From: Octopus bimaculoides
Taxonomy: Eukaryota
Direction: 5' to 3'
Assembly: GCF_001194135.2 (NCBI RefSeq)
Contig: NC_068987.1
Coordinates: forward strand, 23,930,215-23,963,095
Length of the DNA stretch: 32,881 nucleotides
Shown one piece after another: positions 23,616-31,992 of the stretch (within the stretch, counting starts at the first letter, position 1; each line of letters starts with the position of its first letter). A program made the position numbers and the translations under genes. The notes under the pieces were generated by a model. It worked only from the letters and a program-made list of their open reading frames with translations, was not told where the DNA came from and made no database searches.

Positions 23616-24430
23616 ATCCTTATCATGATCATCTAACATCTGTTGTCCATGTTGGCATGGGTTGGACGGTTTGACCAGGGCTGGTAAGCTGAGGGTTTGC
23701 ACTCAACTCCAGTCTGATTTGGCATGGTTTCTACAGCTGGATGCCCTTCCTAATGCCAACCACTCCAGGAGTGTAATGGGTGCTTTTGCATGCCATTGGC
23801 ACAGATGCAAGTTACATGACACATATACATACATACATACACACACCCTGAAGAAGGAGGAATTGCCAAATAATGGGTACTATATCCCTTTATTTTCCCG
23901 CAATGAACCCCCAGAAATGGACGTTGGTACCTTACTTTAATTTTAACTATCCTGAATTTTAATTTTAATTTCATTCCTCATTGTATCTTTTACCTCGCTT
24001 CCATCACCACTTCAGACTTTCTCCAGTATTTTTATCTATACACGCATGTTTTAACTTTTTTATACCTCCATCTGGAGATTTTTGTTTAAAATCTATTAAT
24101 TTACACATATATATTTTTAATATATTTATTTATTTATAGATATTTTTAACAATGTCTGTATGTTTATATATTTTTTCTATCATGTACATTTGTGTTTTAA
24201 ATCCATCTCTAATCGGAGTCATGTTTGCGGATTGAATTACCAGATCTTTTGTTTCTTCACATTACATATTTATATCTTTTGTCTCAAGTTACTCTTGAGC
24301 ACTTCTAAGTCCAAACATCTACATTGTGATAGAATTTCTAATCAATCTTCTTTATCAAAGCAATTATATATATATAATATGGTGGTGCCCCAGCATGGCC
24401 ACAGCTCATGAACTGAAACTAGACAAAATG

Positions 24431-24476
<46 letters not shown>

Positions 24477-27400
24477 GGAGGCAACACAGGCAAAGTCTAA
24501 AAGAACATAATTAACATACACATTCAAAACTTATATAAATACATATATTCTCTATAAAATGGAAATAAAAAATATTATTTTAAATATAGCTCACAACATA
24601 TACTACATTTTCCTATCTGTATATTAATGTGAGTTATTGTTAACATTAACAAACTCTAAATAAACTATTAATATTTATATATATATAAATATATATATAC
24701 ACACACATGACTGAATAGTGACTGGTAATGAGAAATAGGTTCTCTACAAAAATGTCAAGCACCAAAGACAGTGGGTAGGGAAAGAGGAAACACCAGCATC
24801 TAAGCTAAAGAAGGTCTCCACCCATGCAAGGTGTTGTTATCTGTTTGGTGGGATATGAAAGGTTTAGTCCACTTTGAACTTTTAAACCCAAACCAAACAA
24901 TAAGAAAGGAGATCTACTGCAAGCAGCTAGAAGAAAAAGTCAGCACTAGAAGAAAAATGACCATCTTTCATTTCAAGATAAATGGTGTTCTTCCATCAAG
25001 ATAATGCTCAGCCACATACAGCGAGGATGACATTCCAAATGCTGGAGCAGTTTGAACAGGAAACAATGCCCCACCCACCATATTCGCCAAACATTAACCC
25101 ATCTGATTATCATTTATTCCGCAGTCTTCAAAATCATGTGGACAAAAAAATATGATTTCTTCTGCAAACAAGGTCAGAACAGTACTCGAGGAGTATTTTT
25201 TGTCACAGAAAAGTGAATTTTGGAAGAGGGACCTTGCAAGTCTACCTGAAAGACGGTAAAGCATTGTAGAACATGAAGGAGAGTATATTTTAGTTTAAAA
25301 AAGAACTTTATCTTAATTTTGAAAAATAAAAGAGGTATAAAAAATCTGCATTATTTATGGGACAACCCAATGTATACACACACACAGGGATAGGCTGACC
25401 AATATACTCTCATGGAATGTGACCAAATGAGCTTTATTTTTAAACAAAGTTCTCTTGTGGTCTACACACTTCTATCAGTACTGTATTGCTTGGATCCCAT
25501 TCATGAAGAAGCTTTCAGCCAGTTACTCAAAAAAGTCAGACAGTGGATATGATATTATCGTTAGTGTGTTACTGGTTCCTAACCAAGTGTTTTTTAATGT
25601 TGGGCAACAGATGATAGGCAGATGGGGCTGGATCAGATGAGTAAGGAGGTTGATCAACCAGTACAAAATCAGTCACACACAGCAGCCACTGAAACCAAGG
25701 ACTTCTGTGCTGGGGTATTGTCCTCATGAAACAAAACTCCTGTCATCAGTTTTCCTGAGTTTGGTTTTGGTAACCTTTCATAACTCCCTCAGCATGTTGG
25801 CATATTACTCTCCATTGATGGTGTAGCCCTTTCCAAAATAGTCAATAAATGCAATGCCTTTTACATCACTGAAAAGTGATGCGATCACCTTCCCTGCAGA
25901 TGAAACCACCTTGGCCTTCTTTGGAGCTGGTGAGCAGGGGTGTCATCACTGCATCAATTCTCTCTTTCTCTCTGGATCAAAGTGATGAACTCAACACTCA
26001 TCTTTGTAGAAGAAATGTTCAAGGAAACCAGTTGGGTCTGCCTCAAACAATATCAGATTTTCCCAATCTTTGTCATGCCAAGCTCATTGTGCAGAATATT
26101 TTTGACTCTCTCATGGGATATGTTAATAGCATTAGCTGTTTGATTTACAGTCAACTGCCTGTCATCCATCACCATGTGGTGAACATGATCAATATTTTCC
26201 TCAGTGGTGACAGTTGCTGGACGTCCAGACTTTGGATTTTCTTCGAGACTCTCTCTTCTAAATTCAGCTGCCTACTTTTGCATTGATGATAAAGCTGGTA
26301 TGTCATCCCCTAATGTAGCAAGCATGTCACAATGAACGTTCTTGGGGGCTAAATCTTTTTTCTGCAGGTACTTAATAACACCACAATGCCAAATTTTGTC
26401 CACTTTCAAAAGAAATCAATGCTAGTTACTTTTTAAGTCTTTTTTGAACAGTCAGATGTTTATTTACCAGGAAAGAAACAATGCAGTTATTAATAAGGAG
26501 AGTCAAAATTAATGCATGCAAGATTTCATAGCTCTAGTATCACCACATAGTCAGCCTATGATCTTTTCGGCTCACCCTCATACGTTTCTGTACTCTTCGA
26601 AGTAAGTTCATATTTCCTCATGGCCAGACATGTTTTCACAGAAGATTGGAAACAAAGGACTATGACAATGACACTCATTTGCAACCATCATGTGATGTCA
26701 AGACAAGGAAACTCGAATTCACACATATCCATCATCATCATCATCATCATTCAATGTCCACTTTTCCATGCTTGCATGGATTAAACAAAATTCATTGAGG
26801 CAGATTTTTTTCCTATGTCTGAATACCCTCCCTGTCACCAACTTGTTTCCAAGCAAGGTAATATTCCCACCATGGCCAGACATTGTTTCTCATGAGAGAT
26901 TGGAAAGGAACAGCATCAGTTGTATGACAGTGATGCTCATTTACAATCATCACATGATGTCAAGACAAGGAAACACACATGCGCACACACACACATATGC
27001 ACATGCACACAAACATACGTACAATAGGCTTCTTTCAGTTTCTATCATTGAAATCCATTCAAAAAGGTTTGATTAGCCTAAGGCTATCATAGGAGACACT
27101 TGCCTAAAGTTCCATACAATGGAACAGAACCCAAAACAATGTGGTTGAGAACCAAACTTCATTACCACACAAAGCCTGCATTCAACATGTCTTCATAAAG
27201 CCACCAGCTGTGATAATGAGATCATTATTATTCGTTATCAATGCAGTCTAAAAGTCACAGTCATTATCAAAGCAGTCTTTTCACTTATCTGTCAGTCTAT
27301 TATCCTTTTTCTTCTGTTCTTACATTCTGAGTTTAAATTTCAGGCCTTGTGCCTTTAGTAGAAAGGATTATTAATATTATAAAGGGTAGTAATTTGGGAG

Positions 27401-27664
27401 AACTGTTAGAGTGTTTGTCAAAATCCTTTACAATATTTGTTCTGGCTTTTTACATTGTGAATTCAAATCCCACTGAGGTTTTTTCCTTACCTTTCATCTC
27501 TCTGGGATCAACAAAATATTATACCAGTCAAGTACTGATGTCAATGGTATCAACTAACTCCTTTCCCTCAAAATTACTGGCCTCATGCCTATATAAGAAA
27601 TAAATTTTAGAATTGTCTTGCAAAGTTACTACTTTTGATTTTTATTGTCTTACAGGATGCATAG
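110..27664 (+). CDS. SLC26/SulP family anion transporter (prestin SLC26A5-/pendrin SLC26A4-like), 5'-incomplete. join(110..192,2274..2421,5426..5539,7470..7547,10132..10227,11589..11695,14530..14599,17412..17552,20077..20181,20662..20716,23343..23449,27656..27664)
   Basis: All exons are flanked by AG/GT and splice into one open frame (1113 nt, 370 aa plus stop). SLC26 motifs: [55 protein letters not shown], and STAS motif [14 protein letters not shown]. One-to-one orthology to a vertebrate paralogue cannot be resolved here. Confidence 0.95.
1961..2174 (+). mobile_element. AT-rich piggyBac-type MITE, family 1 (degenerate copy)
   Basis: Starts TTAA and ends ggtatcaaaaggg-tgaa. Body is similar to the copies at 13738, 19665 and 23083. 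Confidence 0.6.
2274..2421 (+). CDS. SLC26 exon (148 nt): [49 protein letters not shown]
   Basis: Polypyrimidine tract plus cag acceptor, gtaag donor, TM8 sequence. 148 nt as in SLC26A4 exon 9. Confidence 0.96.
2510..3645 (+). mobile_element. RTE-clade LINE fragment (RT and C-terminus, internally deleted, with stops)
   Basis: [15 protein letters not shown]...[21 protein letters not shown]...GRGRPRKTW, stop at 3535-3537, then the start of the 3' UTR hairpin unit. Confidence 0.9.
3690..4170 (-). mobile_element. Two diverged copies of the RTE-type 3' terminal module, one with a (GAT)n tail
   Basis: gatgctcttcctaatgccaaccac core occurs twice; (CAT)n at 3941-3962. Confidence 0.7.
4355..4708 (-). 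mobile_element. Two tandem copies of a tRNA-derived SINE (family B) with a Nin/Deu-like central segment and (TTA)n tail
   Basis: Minus strand reads gttctgagttcaaattcc (B-box-like), then ctttcatcctttc..gataaa..aagtac.ag. The resemblance to the Nin domain is from memory of the family, not from an alignment. Confidence 0.7.
4741..5290 (+). mobile_element. R4/Dong-type LINE fragment (post-RT region)
   Basis: Frameshifted translation: [47 protein letters not shown]. Preceded by a TAA-rich tract, the known Dong target type. Confidence 0.7.
5426..5539 (+). CDS. SLC26 exon (114 nt): [38 protein letters not shown]
   Basis: tgcag acceptor, gtaagt donor. Carries the TM9-TM10 signature including the anion-binding S-R. 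Confidence 0.96.
5690..6050 (-). mobile_element. CR1/Jockey-type LINE 3' coding relic
   Basis: Minus strand gives [11 protein letters not shown] and [26 protein letters not shown], a typical post-RT C-terminus. Confidence 0.55.
6190..6445. repeat. Degenerate ~29-bp minisatellite built on GACANNTGTC
   Basis: Cores at 6194, 6263, 6348, 6377, 6406 and 6424. Confidence 0.75.
6770..7110 (+). mobile_element. CR1/Jockey-type LINE 3' coding relic (same type as 5690-6050)
   Basis: [17 protein letters not shown]..FYxYNGF..SELTS..HSFFVKA..LWN, pieced together across frameshifts. Confidence 0.5.
7470..7547 (+). CDS. SLC26 exon (78 nt): [26 protein letters not shown]
   Basis: ttccag acceptor, gtaagt donor, TM11 GPL...LP motif. 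Confidence 0.96.
7710..7935 (+). mobile_element. Diverged RTE-type 3' terminal module
   Basis: cattaggaag..ccagctatagaaacc, ccatgctagcat..acgttaaa, then a (GGT)/(GAT) tail. Confidence 0.7.
7945..8230 (+). mobile_element. Two diverged SINE family B fragments
   Basis: gagttcaaattcc and ccaagttcaaatc boxes followed by the family B core. Confidence 0.55.
8394..8874 (+). mobile_element. tRNA-derived SINE family A: full copy 8488-8874, preceded by a truncated older copy
   Basis: A box TGGCTGTGTGG, B-box-like GGTTCAGTCC, ttgggcaagtgtcttct core, internal (TG)n, 3' end cagtcaaat.actgaaacaagtaaaaga. Confidence 0.9.
8879..9240 (-). mobile_element. RTE 3' end: ORF2 C-terminus, short 3' UTR and (GAT)n tail
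   Basis: Minus strand gives [21 protein letters not shown], then the terminal module. Contains a 42-nt in-frame tandem repeat (9151, 9193, 9235). Confidence 0.8.
9560..9830. repeat. Long imperfect (TA/TG)n microsatellite
   Basis: Seen directly. Confidence 0.9.
10132..10227 (+). CDS. SLC26 exon (96 nt): [32 protein letters not shown]
   Basis: AAG acceptor after a pyrimidine tract, gtaagt donor, TM12 sequence, expected 96 nt length. Confidence 0.94.
11589..11695 (+). CDS. SLC26 exon (107 nt): [35 protein letters not shown](M)
   Basis: tgcag acceptor, gtaag donor, TM13-14 sequence. Confidence 0.96.
11858..12115. mobile_element. piggyBac-type MITE, family 2 (250 bp with TTAA target duplications)
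   Basis: TTAA-CCCATTCATGCCGA ... TCGGCACAAATGGG-TTAA; 14-bp TIR with 2 mismatches. Confidence 0.85.
12172..12327 (+). mobile_element. Penelope-like element RT fragment
   Basis: [42 protein letters not shown] matches the PLE pattern TMGS..ELVGL..GLYRDD. One in-frame stop. Confidence 0.75.
12325..12485 (-). mobile_element. 3' part of a third SINE family (C) with an (AAC)n tail; a related head fragment lies at about 12870-12990
   Basis: (GTT)n followed by a CpG-retaining body. The head fragment has gaaataaagtgccttgctcaag and box-like motifs on the minus strand. Confidence 0.6.
13738..13908 (+). mobile_element. piggyBac-type MITE family 1, internally deleted
   Basis: TTAA at both ends; body shared with 1961-2174. 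Confidence 0.6.
14530..14599 (+). CDS. SLC26 exon (70 nt): [23 protein letters not shown]
   Basis: tttag acceptor, gtatgt donor. LG-x4-T-(E/D)-I-(F/Y) linker into STAS, expected 70 nt length. Confidence 0.93.
14726..15036 (+). mobile_element. SINE family A, young copy running into an assembly gap
   Basis: A box 14736-14746, B-box-like 14779-14789. Nearly identical to the 19228 copy. Confidence 0.92.
15037..15764. other. Assembly gap (N)
   Basis: Run of N. Confidence 1.
16154..16401. mobile_element. Foldback/MITE-like palindromic element: 110-bp arms, 28-nt spacer
   Basis: 16154-16263 is the reverse complement of 16292-16401 with about 17 substitutions and no indels. Confidence 0.85.
16490..16553. 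repeat. Pure (TA)n microsatellite
   Basis: Seen directly. Confidence 0.95.
17412..17552 (+). CDS. SLC26 exon (141 nt): [47 protein letters not shown]
   Basis: tttacag acceptor, gtaagt donor, STAS N-terminal motif (S)PLYYAN. Confidence 0.93.
17930..19140 (-). mobile_element. RTE-clade LINE fragment (EN-RT linker and RT), interrupted by a 58-bp insertion at 18346-18403
   Basis: [60 protein letters not shown]. Confidence 0.9.
19228..19650 (+). mobile_element. SINE family A, full length
   Basis: tRNA-like head, internal (TA)/(TG) tract, terminal hairpin CAGTC-AAAT-GACTG at 19622-19635. Confidence 0.92.
19665..19899 (-). mobile_element. piggyBac-type MITE family 1, reverse copy
   Basis: Reverse complement of the 1961/13738 body; ends gagTTAA. 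Confidence 0.5.
20077..20181 (+). CDS. SLC26 exon (105 nt): [35 protein letters not shown]
   Basis: tttacag acceptor, gtgag donor, core STAS motif. Confidence 0.93.
20662..20716 (+). CDS. SLC26 exon (55 nt): [18 protein letters not shown](D)
   Basis: tttcag acceptor, gtcagt donor. 55 nt as in SLC26A4 exon 18. Confidence 0.92.
20795..20972 (-). mobile_element. Young RTE-type 3' terminal module with (GAT)n tail
   Basis: About 90% identical to 22528-22712 and 22847-23025. Confidence 0.88.
21130..22712 (+). mobile_element. 5'-truncated RTE LINE: ORF2 C-terminal part (PHD finger, RT thumb), long repeat-built 3' UTR spanning an N gap, (GAT)n tail
   Basis: [35 protein letters not shown]. The UTR ends ccatgctagcatggaaagcggacgttaaa(tga)n. 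Continuity across the gap is inferred. Confidence 0.88.
22046..22267. other. Assembly gap (N)
   Basis: Run of N. Confidence 1.
22847..23025 (-). mobile_element. Young RTE-type 3' terminal module, inverted relative to 22528-22712
   Basis: (CAT)n plus module, checked by hand alignment. Confidence 0.88.
23083..23226 (+). mobile_element. piggyBac-type MITE family 1, short copy
   Basis: TTAA-CCCTTTT ... AAAAAGGG-TTAT. Confidence 0.7.
23343..23449 (+). CDS. SLC26 exon (107 nt): [35 protein letters not shown]
   Basis: tttcag acceptor. STAS C-terminal motif LYVTTYDAL (like the LFxTxHDAV consensus). Donor is weak (GAG|gttaat); read-through gives VNMAYI-stop at 23470. Confidence 0.88.
23615..23812 (-). 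mobile_element. RTE-type 3' terminal module
   Basis: ccatgttggcatgg and tttctacagctggatgcccttcctaatgccaaccactcc. Confidence 0.8.
24715..25371 (+). mobile_element. Mariner transposon 3' half (decayed DD34D transposase) with right TIR
   Basis: [54 protein letters not shown]. Ends attatttatgggacaacccaat. Confidence 0.9.
25389..26582 (-). mobile_element. Near full-length decayed mariner of a different subfamily (irritans/Himar-like)
   Basis: Minus strand gives [64 protein letters not shown]. Residual TIR match ATAGGCTGAC 25390-25399 / GTCAGCCTAT 26550-26559. Confidence 0.88.
26615..26980 (-). mobile_element. Repeat family D sharing the (GAT)n terminal module but with a different body; related copy at about 420-600
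   Basis: cctgtttccaagcaaggtaatat..ttggaaa..gatgtcaa..aaggaaacac is shared between 465-590 and 26830-26978; partial duplicate at 26615-26712. Confidence 0.65.
27025..27180 (-). mobile_element. Old SINE family A head, reverse orientation
   Basis: aggcttctttcagtttc..gacacttgcctaa..gaaccca..taccacac. Confidence 0.6.
27311..27570 (+). mobile_element. Diverged SINE family B copies just upstream of the terminal exon
   Basis: gaattcaaatccc box, cctttcatctctctgggatcaacaaaat..taccag core. Confidence 0.6.
27656..27664 (+). CDS. Probable terminal exon coding part: GAT GCA TAG (DA-stop)
   Basis: Strong acceptor (ttttgatttttattgtcttacag), in phase with the 23449 donor, followed by unique UTR-like sequence. 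No transcript evidence. Confidence 0.65.
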   Translation, partial: DA

Positions 27665-29148
27665 AAGCTCATTTTTCGTAACAGCAATGCGTCTGCGATT
27701 TGGAAGTTTTTTCTTTGAAGACCTCTACTCATAAATCTAAGGAATACAACTGTTTTCTCCATCCAATGACAAGCCAAGAGCTAGAGGACATGTTCACATT
27801 TATTATACGTGAAACCAATACACAATGCTTGAATCACAAAGGAAGAATATTTCATCAAACTTAAATTTTAGAAATATATATATATATATATACAGAAGAT
27901 ATTTTCTTATTATCTAATCCAAGCATATATATGTTCTTTTCTTAATGCATGATGCATATTATTATCTTTAAAAAAATACATATTATTCAGGTACATGCCA
28001 CAAGTAGAAACTCAGGACAGACTGCAAGCCATTAATAAGGTAAATTGTCAACAAAAGCCTCTCAATCTGAAAAAAATATTGACAAAAAATATTTACTTAC
28101 ATTATATATTAAGTGTGTATATGTATGTATGTATATATATATATATATATATATATACAAGAAATTAATTTGTGTAAAAATCAATAAGAAGAGTATTCCA
28201 TCTAATGAGTCTAATATTACTATAAATGCTTCATACTAGATACGTTTTATGCACTACTAATAGTTTCACATACATAAATACATTCATCAGGTGCCTGATG
28301 AATGTACTTATGTATGTGAAACTATTAGTAGTGCATATAATGCATGTAGTATATGTATGCATGTATGTATGTCATATACTTTTTTGTGAAATCTGATGTG
28401 TCCATGTGTAACATAACTACTGGTTTGGTTCAACTCCCCCATCTCCCTCCTGCATGTATGTACATATGTATGTATGTACACAGAAGACAAGAACAATAAT
28501 ATTAATGTGTTCAGTCTGTCTTTCCCTCCCTCTTTGTTCTTGTCTGTCTTTATCTGTATTTATAATGGTGCAAGCAAATACATGTGCATACAGGTACATA
28601 TTTATGAATACGACAGCAGTATAAAATGTCTACCTGACTGTCTGTCTGTCTGTCTATCTGTCTGTCTGTATGTATGTATGTGTGTGTGTGTGTGTGTACA
28701 TGTATATGCATGTCACCTTATATAGAAAACGGCAAAGAAGGGTAGAGAGAGATGGGACTAACAGGAAAGAATGACAATTCATATTTTTTCTTCCAGTATT
28801 ATAAGATACTTCTTTTAAAAGATATATGTATCTATCATTACTTTTACCTTGAGCTTTCATCCAATACACAAGTAACTGAGACAATCCACTGGCACTGTTC
28901 ACACTAGTTCCCTTAATTTAATAATTTCAGAAAAACAATTGAATGATTATTTTCTTACAGTTATTTTTATATTCCTCAACTTCTTCATGGATTAAATTCA
29001 GTCTTTAAAGGCAATATATCAAGAGATGGCAATGAGTTTTATGAAAGTAGATGGCATTAAAAATTATATGTATCTTGATCTATTAAATATTTCTTTTATT
29101 TCAATATTGTTTTACCTTTATTCTTTCTTGCATAGATACCAATAATTC

Positions 29149-29154
29149 AATAAA
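29149..29154 (+). promoter_or_regulatory. Candidate polyadenylation signal AATAAA (would give about a 1.5 kb 3' UTR)
   Basis: First canonical AATAAA I found after the stop at 27664. ATTAAA variants occur near 28990 and 29056. Confidence 0.35.
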
Positions 29155-29203
29155 GCCAAGTATTACTTATTCTAGTTATATTCATAGAATAACAGGCCAT
29201 GCA

Positions 29204-29248
<45 letters not shown>

Positions 29249-29254
29249 ATATAA

Positions 29255-29795
29255 AATAATATATAAATATATGCATATATTCATACATATACATACAGAC
29301 CTACATCTATATGTATACATACATGTATATATGGGTACAGGACATCACAAAAAAAACCTTAAACATAATGAGAAACGAAAACAGAAAACAAACTTTATTT
29401 TGAACAACGAAAAGAAAACAGAGAAACAAGACATGCAACATAAAGAATATTTCCCTTCATCAGTTGTCCCTGTCCATCTACTCCACGTTTCGAAGGCAAG
29501 GGCAATACGCGACTTTGTTGGAACAGTCCTTCCCGCAAAGCAAATTAAATAAAATTTGGAATTTTTTGCGGAGGGTGAAAGCGTTAACAAGAACAGGACA
29601 GTGAGACAGTAAAAACAAACAATAAGGGCTGTTAGGCCAAGATGATAGAAAAATTATTATTTTTTTGAACGCTAGTAGACGTGAATGAGAGAAGAGACAA
29701 GAGACAGAAAAATCACGTCTTCTCTATAAGAAGCTAGCAGATAGAAAGAAAGAATCCCTTTCGTCACGTGTCAGCGACGAGAGAGTCAAGGAGGA

Positions 29796-29832
<37 letters not shown>

Positions 29833-30145
29833 ACAGTGAAAGGGAGAGAAGAATAGGGAAAGGGTGGGAGAGAAAAACAGAAAGGATGAAGAACAAGAGT
29901 GTGATTGAGATAGACAGGGAAGTAATAGTAATAGTAGTAGTAGAGTGCACAAAGTAATTATTAAGATAAAACTTACTTGGAGAAAGATGCGTGGCGTTCG
30001 ATCATATAATAATATAAATAATATATAAATATATGCGTATATCCATACATATATGTACATACCTACATCTATATGTATACATACATGCATATATGGGTAC
30101 AGGACATCACAAAAAAACGTTAAACATAATGAGAAACGAAAACAG
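29255..30145 (-). mobile_element. Unclassified element with a direct repeat about 760 bp apart (29255-29384 vs 30017-30145); pLTR/retrozyme-like
   Basis: The direct repeat is seen directly. The second copy is cut by the (ATC)n tail of an RTE at 30146. The element carries hammerhead core motifs. The family assignment is inference. Confidence 0.55.
29453..29512 (-). ncRNA. Candidate hammerhead-like self-cleaving ribozyme with non-standard segment order
   Basis: Minus strand: UCGCGU-A-UUGCCC-UUGCC-UUC-GAAA-CGUGG-AGUAGAUGGACA-GGGACAA-CUGAUGA-A-GGG. Stems I and III pair; stem II is weak. Confidence 0.4.
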
Positions 30146-31535
30146 ATCATCATCATCATCATTTTATATCCACCTCCTTGCTACTGTCATAGGTTGGACA
30201 GTTCGACAGGACTTAGCAAGCCAAAGCTCTATAGTCTATTTTGGTATGGTTTCTATAGCTTTATGCCTTTCCTAGTGCTAACCACTTTATAGAGTGTACA
30301 GGATGTTTTTTATATGTGGTACCAGCACCAGGAAAGTCACCAAAAAACTTGTAAGATCTGACTCTTCAACTGAGCAGGGAGTAGCATTCAAGGAGGTGGC
30401 CTTGTACCAGATGATGAGAGATTAGAGTATGATAGTAGGTGTCTTGTAGAAGAGGAGATACATGGTTAATCCAGTTGGAAAAGGAGAGAAGAGAGGATAG
30501 ATAGATGGTGAAGATGTGTTGGGGCGTACTTCCAAGTTACTGGGTGAGGTATGTCAGTGAAGTGCTATAGATGATTGGATAGGGCGAGGTAAGTGTGCAA
30601 GAATATGAAAGAAAAGTGGAAAAAGGTGGATAGGGGAGTGCAGTAAGTGAACACAGATGGAAGAAGTGAGGATAGGAAAGGTGGCAGAGAGGGCATAGAC
30701 ACAAATGATGTACATTTAGGGCTTTGTTTTTACTTGGAAGGATCTTCTTAAGTAATGCAAACCATCATCATCTCAGTCCTTTGTCAACTCCTCTGTGAGG
30801 CCCAACATCTGTAGGTAATTTTTCATTTCATCCCATGTTTTCCTGGATCTATCTTTTCCACAGATTCTAATCACATTTAGCAACTGGCACTTCTTTATGC
30901 AGCCATCCTATACTCATCCATAAGCATCATATGACCAACACAGTTTTCTCTAACACACCACATCTGATGCCTCTTATACCCAATCTTTCTCTCAACACTT
31001 TTACATGTCATCATATGTGCATGCTAATATTACACATCCAGCAGAGCATGCCTGCTTCATTTCATTCAAGCTTTCTCACGTCCCCTCTATTCACAGCCCA
31101 CATTTTCCAATAATACAAACATAAGCATCATACAATCTGCTTTTCACTCTGAGAGAGAGGTCGTTTACCACCAACAAAAGTAATAGCTCTTGGAACTTAC
31201 TTAGCCACTTCTGATTCTAGTGACTACACTTTCAGAGCACCTTCTTCCACTGCTATTAGGCAACTTAGGTAACAGAAACCATCTCCTACCTCCCAAAATG
31301 CACTTAGGCATTTGAGAGAACCTATTTCCGGTATATTCTTAGTATTTATTGTTCTTGAACAGCTGTCACACACAAAGACTACTTTTTTGTTAACCTTCCT
31401 GTGATTCCACTGAACCACTTATGGATCCATAACTTGCAATAGGTACACTGTATAGAATTTCTACCCATGCCTTTACATCAAGTAGAGCCATTTCCCTGAA
31501 GAGATTATTAATTTGTCTGCTTTCTTGCTTACTAA
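30146..31535 (-). mobile_element. Old RTE LINE 3' portion: decayed ORF2 C-terminus, about 600-nt 3' UTR, (GAT)n tail
   Basis: RKVNKKVVFVCDSCSRTIN..WEVGDGFCYL is homologous to the 21130 copy; GRSRKTWDE near 30840; terminal module at 30146-30310. Confidence 0.75.
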
Positions 31536-31566
31536 GATTTTGGTTTTATATATATATATATATATA

Positions 31567-31613
31567 GCTAGCATGGAAAGTGGACGTTAAATGATGATGA
31601 TGACGATGATGAT
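31567..31613 (+). mobile_element. 47-bp extreme 3' tail of the RTE module embedded in a (TA)n tract
   Basis: gctagcatggaaagtggacgttaaatgatgatg flanked by (TA)n on both sides. Confidence 0.75.
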
Positions 31614-31631
31614 TATATATATATATATATA

Positions 31632-31992
31632 NNNNNNNNNNNNNNNNNNNNNNNNNNNNNNNNNNNNNNNNNNNNNNNNNNNNNNNNNNNNNNNNNNNNN
31701 NNNNNNNNNNNNNNNNNNNNNNNNNNNNNNNNNNNNNNNNNNNNNNNNNNNNNNNNNNNNNNNNNNNNNNNNNNNNNNNNNNNNNNNNNNNNNNNNNNNN
31801 NNNNNNNNNNNNNNNNNNNNNNNNNNNNNNNNNNNNNNNNNNNNNNNNNNNNNNNNNNNNNNNNNNNNNNNNNNNNNNNNNNNNNNNNNNNNNNNNNNNN
31901 NNNNNNNNNNNNNNNNNNNNNNNNNNNNNNNNNNNNNNNNNNNNNNNNNNNNNNNNNNNNNNNNNNNNNNNNNNNNNNNNNNNNNNNNNNNN
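31632..31992. other. Assembly gap (N)
   Basis: Run of N. Confidence 1.

Noticed and set aside
23845-23880. accCTGAAGAAGGaggaattgCCAAAtaatGGGT resembles a minimal Penelope type I hammerhead
   Set aside because: G12 of GAAA is missing and no stem III or UH can be placed; at best a dead relic.
25876-26286. 136-aa + strand ORF
   Set aside because: It is the antisense frame of the decayed mariner transposase.
28290-28310. Isolated CTGATGA motifs (also near 21494 and reverse copies near 15865, 17918, 25745)
   Set aside because: No associated GAAA segment or pairable stems.
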